Source: a virus (lineage: Duplodnaviria; Caudoviricetes). Taken from it: DNA of 24,602 nt. Below the pieces are notes generated by a model. The model was given only the letters and a program-made list of their open reading frames with translations, had not been told where the DNA came from and did not search any database. Below are positions 1-8,859 of this stretch, one piece after another (position 1 is the first letter of the stretch; the number at the start of each line of letters is the position of its first letter). The DNA lies in the IMG/VR virus record IMGVR_UViG_3300043205_000037, positions 1 through 24,602 of that record. One strand, 5' to 3'. A program made the translations under genes and the position numbers.

Positions 1-91
1 TGCCGGCATTGGTCAGCGCGGCGCTGTAATCCTGCATGGTGTGCGGCAAGGCCGACTTGGCAATGAGGTGCGGAAGGTTGGGCTGATACAT
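1..91 (-). CDS. 5' end of probable major capsid protein (runs off window)
   Basis: ATG at 91 opens MYQPNLPHLIAKSALPHTMQDYSAALTNAG with no stop before the edge. It lies directly downstream of the prohead protease, the usual capsid position. Identity is from synteny only. Confidence 0.5.
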   Translation of the reverse strand, partial: MYQPNLPHLIAKSALPHTMQDYSAALTNAG

Positions 92-141
92 GGTGTGGTT
101 CCCGTGGTTGGTTGGTTGGTTGGTTGATCTGAAAAGATTTG

Positions 142-315
142 CCTCCCCTGCAGGGGGGAGGCCCACAGGCGGCCTTCGGCCGCCGTACTTAAATCGAAGG
201 ACGCCGGCGCGATGCGTCGGCTACGGCGCGAAGCGCGACAGGTGGGGAAGTGAGGAGGCTTCGCGGCACTTCCCCACCCGCCGCTGCGCGGCGCCCTCCC
301 CCTGCAGGGGAGGGT
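142..315. repeat. Composite REP-like palindromic element
   Basis: Two related hairpins, CCTCCCCTGCAGGGGGGAGG (142-161) and CCCTCCCCCTGCAGGGGAGGG (~294-314), bracket a GGCGGCC-TTC-GGCCGCC hairpin. Intergenic between protease and capsid genes. Confidence 0.7.
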
Positions 316-320
316 TGCAA

Positions 321-1337
321 TCAGTCTCGACGCGGGCGAAAACCCGGAATGGCGCGCATCGGCTGGCTTTGCGCCTTGCGGATCGCGGCCTCGGCGAGCG
401 CTTCGAGCGCGCCCGGTTGATCGAGCAGCGCTTCCGGTTTTGGAAAGATCGAGTCCTCGCTCTTCTCGGCAACGCGCACCGAGGTGGTGCCGAGCGGCAA
501 CGGCTGCGCCTCGATTTTCTTCACGCGTGCGGCGAGCTCGTCCATGTGCGAGGTGACGGCCTGTATCGCCTTGGCCAAAGAGTGATCGAAGACTTTTGCG
601 AGCTTTACCGTCGCATCGTCACCGGCAGCTTCGGCTGCACCCTCGCCGGCCTGCGGCGAGAATTTCGGCCGCGTCTCCACCTTGGCGCCGGCGACCGGCC
701 CGGCCGCGGCGCAGCAATCCGGATCGAGCCCGACCAGAAGATCGTGGGTTTGCTTGATGCGCTCCTTGTCGGCCTTGGAATGGCGCGCGCCGATCTTGGC
801 GAGCGCCTCGGCCAGCGCGGCGGACACGGGATTGTCCTTGAACTTGCGCAGCTCGGTCGAGCCGTCGGCCTTGATCACCGCAAAAGTCGCTTCCGGCAGG
901 CACGGATGATCGACCAGCGACACCTCCATGGGCTCGGCGGTGTAGCGCGTGAGCGCCGGCTCGTCGGGATCCGGCCAGCGCTTCAGATAGCGGCCGCCTT
1001 GCGAAAAGCCGGTATAGACGCCCTGCTCGACTTTTTCCCACTCAGCATCGTCGACCACCTTGCCGCAGATCTCGATGCGCTTGTGCTCGTCGTTGAAGGC
1101 GATCTCGACGAGCTTGCCGGCGGCCACGTTGGAATGCATGGCGCGCAGATTGCCGAGACTCTTGCCGTCGGTGGCGGACGCGAAATTGCGCGACCATTTC
1201 TGATAGAGCGGCTTGGTCGAGGCATAGTCGCAGACTTCGCCGGACACATCCGGCCTCTCCGCGGTGACGACGCCGTAGACCAGGCGCTGCGCCGCATCGA
1301 TCTTGGTAATGGGAACGAAGATGTTCATGTCGTCCAT
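321..1337 (-). CDS. Phage prohead serine protease (XkdF/HK97-like) with C-terminal scaffold-like region
   Basis: Start MDDMNIFVPITK has AAGGAG upstream. Motifs RLVYGV..AERPD..GE, NLRAMH (His), TGFSQGG (Ser) and EVSLVDHPC. Ala/Lys-rich helical tail. Confidence 0.85.
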   Translation of the reverse strand: MDDMNIFVPITKIDAAQRLVYGVVTAERPDVSGEVCDYASTKPLYQKWSRNFASATDGKSLGNLRAMHSNVAAGKLVEIAFNDEHKRIEICGKVVDDAEWEKVEQGVYTGFSQGGRYLKRWPDPDEPALTRYTAEPMEVSLVDHPCLPEATFAVIKADGSTELRKFKDNPVSAALAEALAKIGARHSKADKERIKQTHDLLVGLDPDCCAAAGPVAGAKVETRPKFSPQAGEGAAEAAGDDATVKLAKVFDHSLAKAIQAVTSHMDELAARVKKIEAQPLPLGTTSVRVAEKSEDSIFPKPEALLDQPGALEALAEAAIRKAQSQPMRAIPGFRPRRD

Positions 1338-1579
1338 TGCATACTCCTTGTTGCGTCGTTGCCGCGCGTGGGTGTTCGCCGGCCGGCGCCCTGCGCGCCG
1401 GTCGAAGGGCTGGGTTCGAGCGAAAAGGTGAAAGGAAATCGACGTAGCGATCAGCTGGGCTGGCGGCGCAGCGCGGCCATGGCCCATGACGTGGCGAAGA
1501 AATATTCGGTCAAAAATATCGCAGCGCGCGAAACGCTTCGACGCGACACGATAAGCGCACAGGCCCGCTGCCGCCTAAA

Positions 1580-1792
1580 TCATGGATGGGGTCTTCTAAG
1601 CGTCATAACCTCATGTGCGCGACAAACAGGGCATTGCATATGGCGGTCAGTCCTCTCGGCATCGCCGGCATCTATGACTTGCAAAATTCCCTGACCGCAT
1701 GCTGGGCAAGGGACGGCCGCCTTCGGATCGGCCGCCAGGATTTTTGCCGCTTCGATCCAGCGCCGCCGCTGGGCGTTGATGTCTCCGGTCAT
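1580..1792 (-). CDS. Small CxxC...CxxC protein, putative immunity protein for the upstream toxin
   Basis: 70 aa with CPAC and CPVC. ATGA overlap with the stop of 1789..2766. Confidence 0.7.
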   Translation of the reverse strand: MTGDINAQRRRWIEAAKILAADPKAAVPCPACGQGILQVIDAGDAERTDRHMQCPVCRAHEVMTLRRPHP

Positions 1793-2766
1793 TGATCCAT
1801 AACTCCCGATCGAAGGACTTTGTCCACAAACTTTCGCGCAGCGTCATACTCGACGGCGGCCGATTCAGCTGAATGGACGCCAGTAGCTCCCGCTTGCGAT
1901 GTGTTGAGCCTATATAGTTCTTGCAACACCGTTGCTTGTGTTTCTTGCGGCGTTGCGAACGCGCCCGGTCCCAATGCAAAGCCGTTATTCTTAAAGTTGG
2001 TCATGCCCGATATATACGACGGTATATTCGGCTCGTACTGAATTGTTCGGCCGCCGATCGTAACGGTACTTTCTTGCTCGGCCAAATACGCCGCTCGAAG
2101 TTGCGCAAACTCTTGTGAGCTCAGCACGCTTTGCGCTTCATTGACGGTTATACCTTCGATGGCTGCCGCCAGTCGAGCGCTGTCCGCGGCTCGGGAGGCA
2201 TTGACCGATTGTTGGACCGCGGCGGCCTCTTCCTCGGTGATCCTGCCAGTCGCAACAAGTCTTTCCAGGGTTGCCGCCAGGCCGACCGCCGGAGGGATAT
2301 CGTTGACAAGTTGAACCTGCCCCGAAGGCGCCTTCTGCCAATTCGGATTGCTGCCGCTCGCCGTGGCGTCCGTCAACGTATCGGACACCCGTTGAGCGTA
2401 GTGGCGCGTCCCCGGCGTATCGCCTGCGGCATGGGACGTGTCTTTCGGCGACCCGCTCCCGTCCTCCGTCGTCCATTGCCCGCCCTTCGAATTTCCGGCC
2501 GGCACCCGCGGCTGATCGGGATTGTACTTATTCAGTGCCGCCCGCAGCTCCGCTTTCGCAAGTACCGCGGCCGCTTCGAAGGCGTTACGGATGTCAGCGG
2601 CAAGCAGCTCGAAATCGCGGCGGATCGCGGCGATTTCGGCGTGGCGCCGCCGCAGCAGCTCGCCCTCGTCCGGGCCCGCCAACGTGCGGATCGCTTTGGC
2701 GATTTCGAGTTGCACGTGCAACGCCCGGGGCACGGCGCTTTCGATGCGCGGCAGCGGAGGCTTCAT
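1789..2766 (-). CDS. Polymorphic toxin: conserved MKPPLP carrier domain plus unassigned tip
   Basis: N-terminus matches the four other carrier copies up to KYNPDQPRVPAGNSKGGQWT. Lower-GC unique tip (GRTIQYEP..SGMT..NGF.LG..AF...TVLQELYRL). Alternative GTG start at 2796. Confidence 0.8.
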   Translation of the reverse strand: MKPPLPRIESAVPRALHVQLEIAKAIRTLAGPDEGELLRRRHAEIAAIRRDFELLAADIRNAFEAAAVLAKAELRAALNKYNPDQPRVPAGNSKGGQWTTEDGSGSPKDTSHAAGDTPGTRHYAQRVSDTLTDATASGSNPNWQKAPSGQVQLVNDIPPAVGLAATLERLVATGRITEEEAAAVQQSVNASRAADSARLAAAIEGITVNEAQSVLSSQEFAQLRAAYLAEQESTVTIGGRTIQYEPNIPSYISGMTNFKNNGFALGPGAFATPQETQATVLQELYRLNTSQAGATGVHSAESAAVEYDAARKFVDKVLRSGVMDQ

Positions 2767-2932
2767 TTGCTTGATCTCGGTGTGGAAGGCTTTCACGGCG
2801 CATGCGTGTTGGCTTGTCCGGTGCGGTGTGCGCTCCGGTCAGAGGGCAGTTCTGGATTCGGTTGAAAGCTCGAAGAAAAGAGCGGTGGGCGCGTCAGCTA
2901 CGCCTTCGGCTTGCTGGGCCGCGACGTGCCGT

Positions 2933-3217
2933 TCAGCGCCACCAGACAAATACCACGACGATAACACTCAGCGGCAGGACCATGGCGGATAGCAGCCGCC
3001 GCCAAGCCCGCTCGCTTATCGCGGATATGCAGGCTATGACGCCGGCGCCGGCCGATATCAGCCAACACAAAAGTATTTCGAGCGGCGCAAAGTCCAAACC
3101 TGGTCCTGTGCGGTCGTACGTGATGAAAAGCCAGGACCAAAAGACAGCCAGTACAGTCGGCCAATAGAGGACCCGATCCTTGATCGGGATGATTTGATCG
3201 TCGCTCGCGGCTTGCAT
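2933..3217 (-). CDS. Truncated membrane immunity-family paralog (DRVLYWP family)
   Basis: 94 aa hydrophobic protein with DRVLYWP and WRRLLS motifs shared with the genes at 14046, 17502 and 18228. It lacks their C-terminal YDESD/GHFYF part. Confidence 0.65.
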   Translation of the reverse strand: MQAASDDQIIPIKDRVLYWPTVLAVFWSWLFITYDRTGPGLDFAPLEILLCWLISAGAGVIACISAISERAWRRLLSAMVLPLSVIVVVFVWWR

Positions 3218-3224
3218 ATCGGAC

Positions 3225-3476
3225 TTATTGCCTACTTTGCCGAATTCGTCCGGACTCATAGAGATCATAGCCCTTTAGATTATCTTCGACATCCCGTTTG
3301 GACAAGTGTGAGTAGACTTCGTCCCTCGGATCGCCTGCGCTAAAAGTAGACAACGCGCTGGCATAGGCATCCGCGATTGCGAGATAATCATCCCTGCTAA
3401 CGCCCGCCGCCGCCATAAAGACGCCGGTCGCGATACTCGTATAGTGACGATAATCGCGAACGTAGGTGCGCTCAAT
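3225..3476 (-). pseudogene. Orphan Ntox44-like toxin tip fragment
   Basis: Frame reads IERTYVRDYRHYTSIATGVFMAAAG...DEVYSHLSKRDVEDNLKGYDLYESGRI, homologous to the tips at 14774 and 19851. No carrier domain. The frame is bounded upstream by the barstar stop codon. Confidence 0.75.
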
Positions 3477-3494
3477 CTCTCCGCGATCGCTACC

Positions 3495-3950
3495 TCATCG
3501 TTCTCGAGAGCGCCCCGGTTTCAATTGTCGCCGAAGATTATCGGCTATCGAGCGGAGTTTGGGGTCGGGTCCTTCGTATTGCACTGCCTCAACCGCATCG
3601 CGAATCTTGGCCACTTGATCATCAGACATGCTGCCATCGTTCGCAGGTGCATTCACAATCGAGACTTCAACGTCATCGCCGTTGTGCCGTTTTCGATAAA
3701 TGCGTCCTTCCACGAGCATACCGCTTACCAATTCGACATGGTCATGAACCTCTTTCGGCGTCGCTGAAAGGCCAGAGATTTGGACCGAATACGGCGGTTC
3801 CACAGCGTTGATTCCGCCCCAAATCATGGAATCGACCAAAGCGTCAGGGCTCTGGCCGTGCCGAGCCGGCGCACCAATCGAGGCGAGGAGCGCATGATAA
3901 AAATCGATCACCGTTTTCCATTTTGTGGCATCAAGCTCGATGGTTCGCAT
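3495..3950 (-). CDS. Barstar-family RNase inhibitor (immunity) with C-terminal extension
   Basis: MRTIELDATKWKTVIDFYHALLASIGAPARHGQSPDALVDSM fits the barstar N-terminal pattern. Starts 5 bp after a barnase-like toxin. Confidence 0.85.
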   Translation of the reverse strand: MRTIELDATKWKTVIDFYHALLASIGAPARHGQSPDALVDSMIWGGINAVEPPYSVQISGLSATPKEVHDHVELVSGMLVEGRIYRKRHNGDDVEVSIVNAPANDGSMSDDQVAKIRDAVEAVQYEGPDPKLRSIADNLRRQLKPGRSRER

Positions 3951-3955
3951 GATTC

Positions 3956-4777
3956 CTACTCGCCGCGCGGGTTCAGGTTGAGACGATAGAAGCTGCGGTA
4001 ATGATTGTTGGTGTAATACATCGCTCCAATACCAGCATCAATCACGATTCTGCCAACGCCTCTGCCGGCGCCAAGTCCCGGCACATCGAAAGCAATATAC
4101 CCGCTCGCGCCAGGAGGTAGAACAGCGCCTGTCTCATAGTGCGGACGGTTCTCGTAGGCATGCGGATACAACGTGCTGAAGTCCTGATTTAATATAAGAG
4201 TCAGTGCGTCTGCAACATTTTGCTGTTCGTCCGGCAATATCGGACCGTTCAATCCTTTTGGGTCTAACGGATCTTTTCCTGGCGGACGCGCAATCGTAAA
4301 CCCGCGAGGCGTGACCTCGTTCTGTGCAAGCCGCGGACCGTTGTCAAAAGCGTTAGCCTCGCCGGTACCGGTCTCATCCGTCAGCGTGCCGGTATCTATT
4401 GCGGCGTATCGTTTGGGCGACTCCGACCCAACGCCCGCAGCATTGAAACTATCTGCCGACGATCCGTTGCCACCGTCGCTCGTCCACTGCCCGCCATCGG
4501 GATTGCCGGCGGGCACGCGCGGTTGGTCGACGCTGTATTTTTTCAGCGCCGCCCGCAACTCCGCTTTCGCCAGCATTGCGGCCGCCTCGAAGGCTTTGTG
4601 CAGGTCGCGGGAAAGCGCCTCTAAATCGCGGCGGATCGCGGCGATCTCTGCGCGGCGCTGCCGCAGCAGTTCGTCCTCGTCCGGCCCGGCGAGCGTGCGG
4701 ATCGCTTTGGCGATCTCGAGGCGCACGTGCAACGTCTGCGGCACGGCGCTCAAGGTGCGTGGCAGCGGAGGCTTCAT
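3956..4777 (-). CDS. Polymorphic toxin: MKPPLP carrier plus barnase/RNase Sa-family ribonuclease tip
   Basis: ATG at 4777 matches the paralog starts. Tip YENR...LP...Y..FDV...RG.GRIV...YYTNNHYRSF. Adjacent barstar. Confidence 0.88.
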   Translation of the reverse strand: MKPPLPRTLSAVPQTLHVRLEIAKAIRTLAGPDEDELLRQRRAEIAAIRRDLEALSRDLHKAFEAAAMLAKAELRAALKKYSVDQPRVPAGNPDGGQWTSDGGNGSSADSFNAAGVGSESPKRYAAIDTGTLTDETGTGEANAFDNGPRLAQNEVTPRGFTIARPPGKDPLDPKGLNGPILPDEQQNVADALTLILNQDFSTLYPHAYENRPHYETGAVLPPGASGYIAFDVPGLGAGRGVGRIVIDAGIGAMYYTNNHYRSFYRLNLNPRGE

Positions 4778-4809
4778 CCCTAAATCCTCGCATTGGTTGT
4801 TGCCGGTCA

Positions 4810-5129
4810 CGGCACCGAAAAGGCAAAGCAGATGATGCGGGCGAGCCATTCGTCGAAATCGTCCTTGTGCTGCGGCTCCTTGGTCTGGACGACCTTTGCC
4901 GCGGTCTCGCCGGGCACGAATTTTGCCCGCCGGCGCTTGGCCAGGTCGCCGGCGAAGCCCCCACCCTTCCCTCCCCCGCAAGCGGGGGAGGGTTAGGGAG
5001 GGGGAATCCTGGAACTGCTTGATCTGGTCCGGTGTCCAGCCCTGCGGCACGCCGATCAGCGCGTCGGGGATCGAGCCTTCGGTGAAATAATCGAGCTGCC
5101 AGAGCTGGCGGCGCAGCGCGATGTTGACG
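4810..5129 (-). pseudogene. Internal portal-gene fragment interrupted by a REP palindrome
   Basis: Near-identical to portal ~12511-12796 (NIALRRQLWQ...CFAFSVP). The YWDTEF codons are replaced by a REP, causing a frameshift. Confidence 0.85.
4958..5004. repeat. REP-like palindrome
   Basis: CCCCCACCCTT-CCCTCCCCCGC-AA-GCGGGGGAGGG-TTAGGGAGGGGG. Same family as the elements at 6727, 12941 and 13708. Confidence 0.8.
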
Positions 5130-5176
5130 ATACAAACCGTCGATGGGCAATCGGATTTAACTTTGACTCTCAGTCG

Positions 5177-6505
5177 CTATTGTTTCCGAAGCCGCGGTAT
5201 GTCTTGGGTTTTCAAGATGACTTGTCCTGGCTCTTCTACAGGCCAGTGAAGATATTTTTTTCTTGTCAGTTGTTCGATGGTCGTTCGGTTTTTGCGAAAT
5301 GCCTCTACACGGCCCTCGTTCGTCACGTTGTTGGCTCCAAAGTGGTCCGCTAGGCCCTCACGACTCACGGCGCAACGCACCTCATCGCCGAACGACTCGC
5401 CAGCAAATGCGACTATATCTCTCTGAAAGTCGTACCGTGGGGGCGGATTATTAAAAGTCAAATCGATTCCGGGAACGATATCCCGACTTTTGTCTACGGC
5501 TTTGAGTACAATGTCGCGTGGACTTATGGGCAACTGACTTAACCCTTCAAGAATAAGTCGACCCCACGTCTTTCCGCGCGCAGACGCTTCCTGCCAAGCT
5601 GACTTCAGGTCATAGGGGTTCTTTTCGGCAAGGATCACAAATAGTGATGCTGCTTGATCGATATCCTTTTGCCGTTTGGCAACCCCTTCGGGTCGAAGAC
5701 GAGACACTATGAGCTTGTGGATGGCGTACCGGGCTGGTGATGGCACGAGCACGTAAATGCCAACAGCATGGAGTATCGCGGCAGGCTCGGGATCGCTGAT
5801 CAAAAAGTCAAGGAACCTCAACGGTTCAGCCTCGGTTTGGAAGGCAGGTAGCGCCTTTGGTATGTCAGTATCGCGCCCTTGATTGGGCGTAAGAAAATCA
5901 ACGCGTATTCCTCCCTTGCCGACGTAGCTCGTAACATCGCCCTTGTGAAGGTGGGGAATAGGTCGAAATGTTTTATCGACCTGCTTCAGGACATCGAGGA
6001 CCGGAGGTATGCGGTCTCCTACCGCCACGGACACGTTGCTAAATTGCGCGATATCCACGTCGCTTGTTTGCAAGATTGACCGGGGTAAACGCGTTCCGAG
6101 CATCGCGGAATAAGTCTGATAAGCGACGGTACCGACCAGAACACCGCGAAGACGGAATACCCCTGCGTTCGCCAAGGCATTAACTACCTCGCCGATTTCG
6201 GGCGCAGGAGGCTGAAGCCCGAAAGAACGGACCAGCGTCGAAACCAGAGAGCGCCGTTCACGCTCGTCGCTTCGTATTTGCTTGTGGTGCGCAATCTGGT
6301 CGAGCAGCTCGGGTGTCTCCGGCCCAACATACTTTTGTTCACGGCCTCCAGTCGTTGAGCGCTGGAAGTACCAATATCGCTGTCCCTTGATCGTCTTGAC
6401 AACGAAAGCGCCGTCTTGCGGAAAATCGGTCTGAAACGCTGTCGCCCTGCACCGTTCAAGGAGTTCGGCGTAGGTTGTCTGCAGTAAAAGGGGTGGCGGT
6501 GCCAT
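5177..6505 (-). CDS. GSU2403-family nucleotidyltransferase-fold protein with C-terminal DUF1488-like domain
   Basis: YWYFQ...KYVGPET, GVFRLRGVLVGTVAY and TSDVDIA (G...DxD nucleotidyltransferase pattern), YAIHKLIVS. Tail VRCAVSREGLADHFG...FRKNR. GGAG RBS before ATG 6505. Lower GC. Confidence 0.8.
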   Translation of the reverse strand: MAPPPLLLQTTYAELLERCRATAFQTDFPQDGAFVVKTIKGQRYWYFQRSTTGGREQKYVGPETPELLDQIAHHKQIRSDERERRSLVSTLVRSFGLQPPAPEIGEVVNALANAGVFRLRGVLVGTVAYQTYSAMLGTRLPRSILQTSDVDIAQFSNVSVAVGDRIPPVLDVLKQVDKTFRPIPHLHKGDVTSYVGKGGIRVDFLTPNQGRDTDIPKALPAFQTEAEPLRFLDFLISDPEPAAILHAVGIYVLVPSPARYAIHKLIVSRLRPEGVAKRQKDIDQAASLFVILAEKNPYDLKSAWQEASARGKTWGRLILEGLSQLPISPRDIVLKAVDKSRDIVPGIDLTFNNPPPRYDFQRDIVAFAGESFGDEVRCAVSREGLADHFGANNVTNEGRVEAFRKNRTTIEQLTRKKYLHWPVEEPGQVILKTQDIPRLRKQ

Positions 6506-6516
6506 AGGAGCTCCAG

Positions 6517-6597
6517 TTATACTCAAAAAGCAAATTGAGTATAATATAGGGGGCCCACTAGGGCAAGAATTATACGCAGGTTGCGAAACGCGTATAA
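6517..6597 (-). promoter_or_regulatory. Sigma70-like promoter between two 28-bp palindromic operators
   Basis: Minus strand TTGCCC (6566-6561)-17 nt-TATACT (6543-6538). Palindromes TTATACTCAA-N8-TTGAGTATAA (6517-6544) and TTATACGC-N12-GCGTATAA (6570-6597). Confidence 0.75.
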
Positions 6598-6633
6598 TAA
6601 AATTGCCACTTATTTAACGGCGCCTGCGGAAGG

Positions 6634-6884
6634 CCCCTTGTGCTGCGGCTCCTTGGTCTGCACCACCTCGGCGGCCCTCTCGCCGGCACGAACTTGGTGT
6701 GGCGGCGCCCGGCGAGGTCGCCGACGCCCACACCCTTCCCTCCCCGCAAGCGGGAGAGGGTCAGGGAGGGGGTTAGTCCTCCGGACTGGCGAATCTGGCC
6801 CGGGGTCCAGCTCTGCGGCACGCCGAGCAAGGCGTCGGGGATCAAACCTTCGGTGCAGCAATCGTGCCGCCAAAGCTGGCGGCT
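6634..6884 (-). pseudogene. Degenerate portal-gene fragment with REP insertion
   Basis: Diverged copy of RQLW...TEG.IPDAL.GVPQ.WTP.QI...KFVP...VVQTKEPQHK. A REP sits at the same site as in the 4810-5129 fragment. Confidence 0.8.
6727..6772. repeat. REP-like palindrome
   Basis: CCCACACCCTTCCCTCCCCGCAAGCGGGAGAGGGTCAGGGAGGGGG. Confidence 0.75.
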
Positions 6885-7335
6885 ACGAACCATCCAGGCG
6901 ACGCGCTAATTCCTCCGCCTGCGGCAAATCGCGCTCAATGTCATGCACAACTTGTAATGACTCGTCCGCGGTCAGGAGTTTTCCCTCTTGCTCATCAAAA
7001 ACGACGCCGCCTGTCGCCCGCGCGTACGCCGTCGCCGCCATCCAAACAGCTATCAGCTCGTCAAAACCCGCTATCCAGGGGAAGGTAACAACATACTTCC
7101 AACTGTGACCGAAATTAATGTTCTTGTAGGTACTCATCAGATCCGCAGGATCCTCAATCCAACACTGAAAACTCGTTGGTCTGTCATGGAGGTGGGCGGT
7201 CAGAGTCCCACCGTCTTCATCAAACAGGACATCGTGCGCCAATCGCAAAGGCAAGCCTTCAGCGTCTAACGACCGCTGCCAGCTAGAAATTGAATCAAGT
7301 CGCGAGTCGGAGAGAACGTTGATTTCGACTGACAT
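6883..7335 (-). CDS. Putative immunity protein (family shared with 21123 and 21680)
   Basis: Follows a PD-(D/E)xK tip. Motifs VLSD.RL.SI..WQ...DAEG and W.AA.AYA.AT.GVVFD..EG shared with two paralogs that follow the homologous tip at 22157. Confidence 0.8.
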   Translation of the reverse strand: MSVEINVLSDSRLDSISSWQRSLDAEGLPLRLAHDVLFDEDGGTLTAHLHDRPTSFQCWIEDPADLMSTYKNINFGHSWKYVVTFPWIAGFDELIAVWMAATAYARATGGVVFDEQEGKLLTADESLQVVHDIERDLPQAEELARRLDGS

Positions 7336-7382
7336 CTTATTCCCTCATCCGCTTCTAGTACGCCCTGGCGTCATAGTTTTGA

Positions 7383-8822
7383 CTAGTCCGGGTCGCCCTG
7401 CTGTGACTTTATGACTGGCCCGCGCTCGATGTGCAGATCAATGACCGGGACACGGGAGACCGCTTTTGTCGCGGCACGAAGTTGGTTCGCTCTACCTGGC
7501 CTCAGGCTAGCGTCTAGGGTCTTAACATCGTAGATCGCGATTACATCACCACTATCATTGCGCAAAACAGCATCTGGCTTGACAGCCTTTCTACGGCCAC
7601 CGTAGTCGGAAGGCAAACTGAATGTGTGCTCAACATCGGAAGGACTAATGCCGCGTATCCGCTCAGCGATTACCGCGGCAGCGAACCGCTTGTGAATCAA
7701 AATTCCATAGAAACTTGGAGATAAGTGCGTCGGAGCAGTCTCGTCGACAACCCTTGCAAGAATTTCTGACAATCTTTTGGTTGTTTCATCGATTTGCTGA
7801 ATTCCTGTCCATGCATTTGGCCCATATACAATGTCCCTCGGCGGGCCGGCATATTGCTCACCCTTGGGAACATTTGACGTGTCTGGTCGTCCCTCGGTTT
7901 CCAAAGCGGCATAGCGGGTCTCGGACCTCGAACTTTCGGCGGCAACAGGTGGGAAATTGTATGGAGTCTGACTACCCTCCCCGTCCTTCGGCCGAAACTT
8001 GCCGCCACGGCCTCCTGGGGTCCCGGTCGGCCAGCCGGGATGCTCAGGATCGTCCGAGCTCGCTTTCAGAAGCGCGAGTTTTGCGGATTGCGTCTCTGCA
8101 CCCGCGCTATGCCCATTCGCGCCCGTGCGTCCGGTGTTGGCTCCCTGCCCGCCCGCATTCGCCTCGATCGGCACAAAGCCGGTGGCGGTGAGCACCATCG
8201 GGCGGTCGGCGGCGGCGTTGTCGAAGGGGTCGAGGCCGAGGGCGTCGCGCATCTCGTTGAGCGTGAGCGCACCGACTTTCAGCCGGCCTTCGAGCACCGT
8301 CTCGGGATCGCCTTCGTCCTCGTCGAGCCAATGCAGCTCGAGATCCGGCGAGGCGAATTCCTCCGCCACGATCTCGTCGATCAAATCCTTGACCCACTCC
8401 TTGGTCGGCTCGAGCCCCTCTTCCTCGGCCTGCGCCGACTGGTTGTCGGCGGTGGCGCGGTTCATCGCCTTGGTGGCCCATTGCGGCGGCACCGAAAAGG
8501 CAAAGCAGATGATGCGGGCGAGCCACTCGTCGAAATCGTCCTTGTGCTGCGGCTCCTTGGTCTGCACGACTTTGGCCGCGGTCTCGCCGGGCACGAATTT
8601 TGCCCGCCGGCGCTTGGCCAGGTCGCCGGCGAATTCGGTGTCCCAATAATCCTGGAACTGCTTGATCTGGTCCGGCGTCCAGCCCTGCGGCACGCCGATC
8701 AGCGCGTCGGGGATCGAGCCTTCGGTGAAATAATCGAGCTGCCAGAGCTGGCGGCGCAGCGCGATGTTGACGGTCATCAACACCTGCTGCACCGGCGAGA
8801 AGCCGTAGACCCGGTGGGCGCG
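7383..8822 (-). pseudogene. 5'-truncated portal-toxin cassette with PD-(D/E)xK nuclease tip
   Basis: 8148-8822 is near-identical to the portal 3' region. It continues in frame through LLKASSDDPEHPGWP..GGRGGKFRPKD to the tip YGILIH...KPDAVLR...IYDVKT. No portal N-terminus. Open from GTG 8792. Confidence 0.85.
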
Positions 8823-8859
8823 ACCTAATCGCCGATTCGCCTGATCGTGCGTTCAATAA

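Noticed and set aside
90-1694. 534-aa plus-strand ORF, and other long plus-strand ORFs such as 10076..11041, 12130..12978, 15514..16740, 17445..18395 and 20226..21320
   Set aside because: They are antisense shadows of well-supported minus-strand genes in high-GC DNA and have no recognisable motifs.
3956-5050. Apparent 364-aa portal-fragment/toxin fusion
   Set aside because: The extension shifts frame at the REP and reads the portal remnant out of frame. Paralogs fix the start at ATG 4777.
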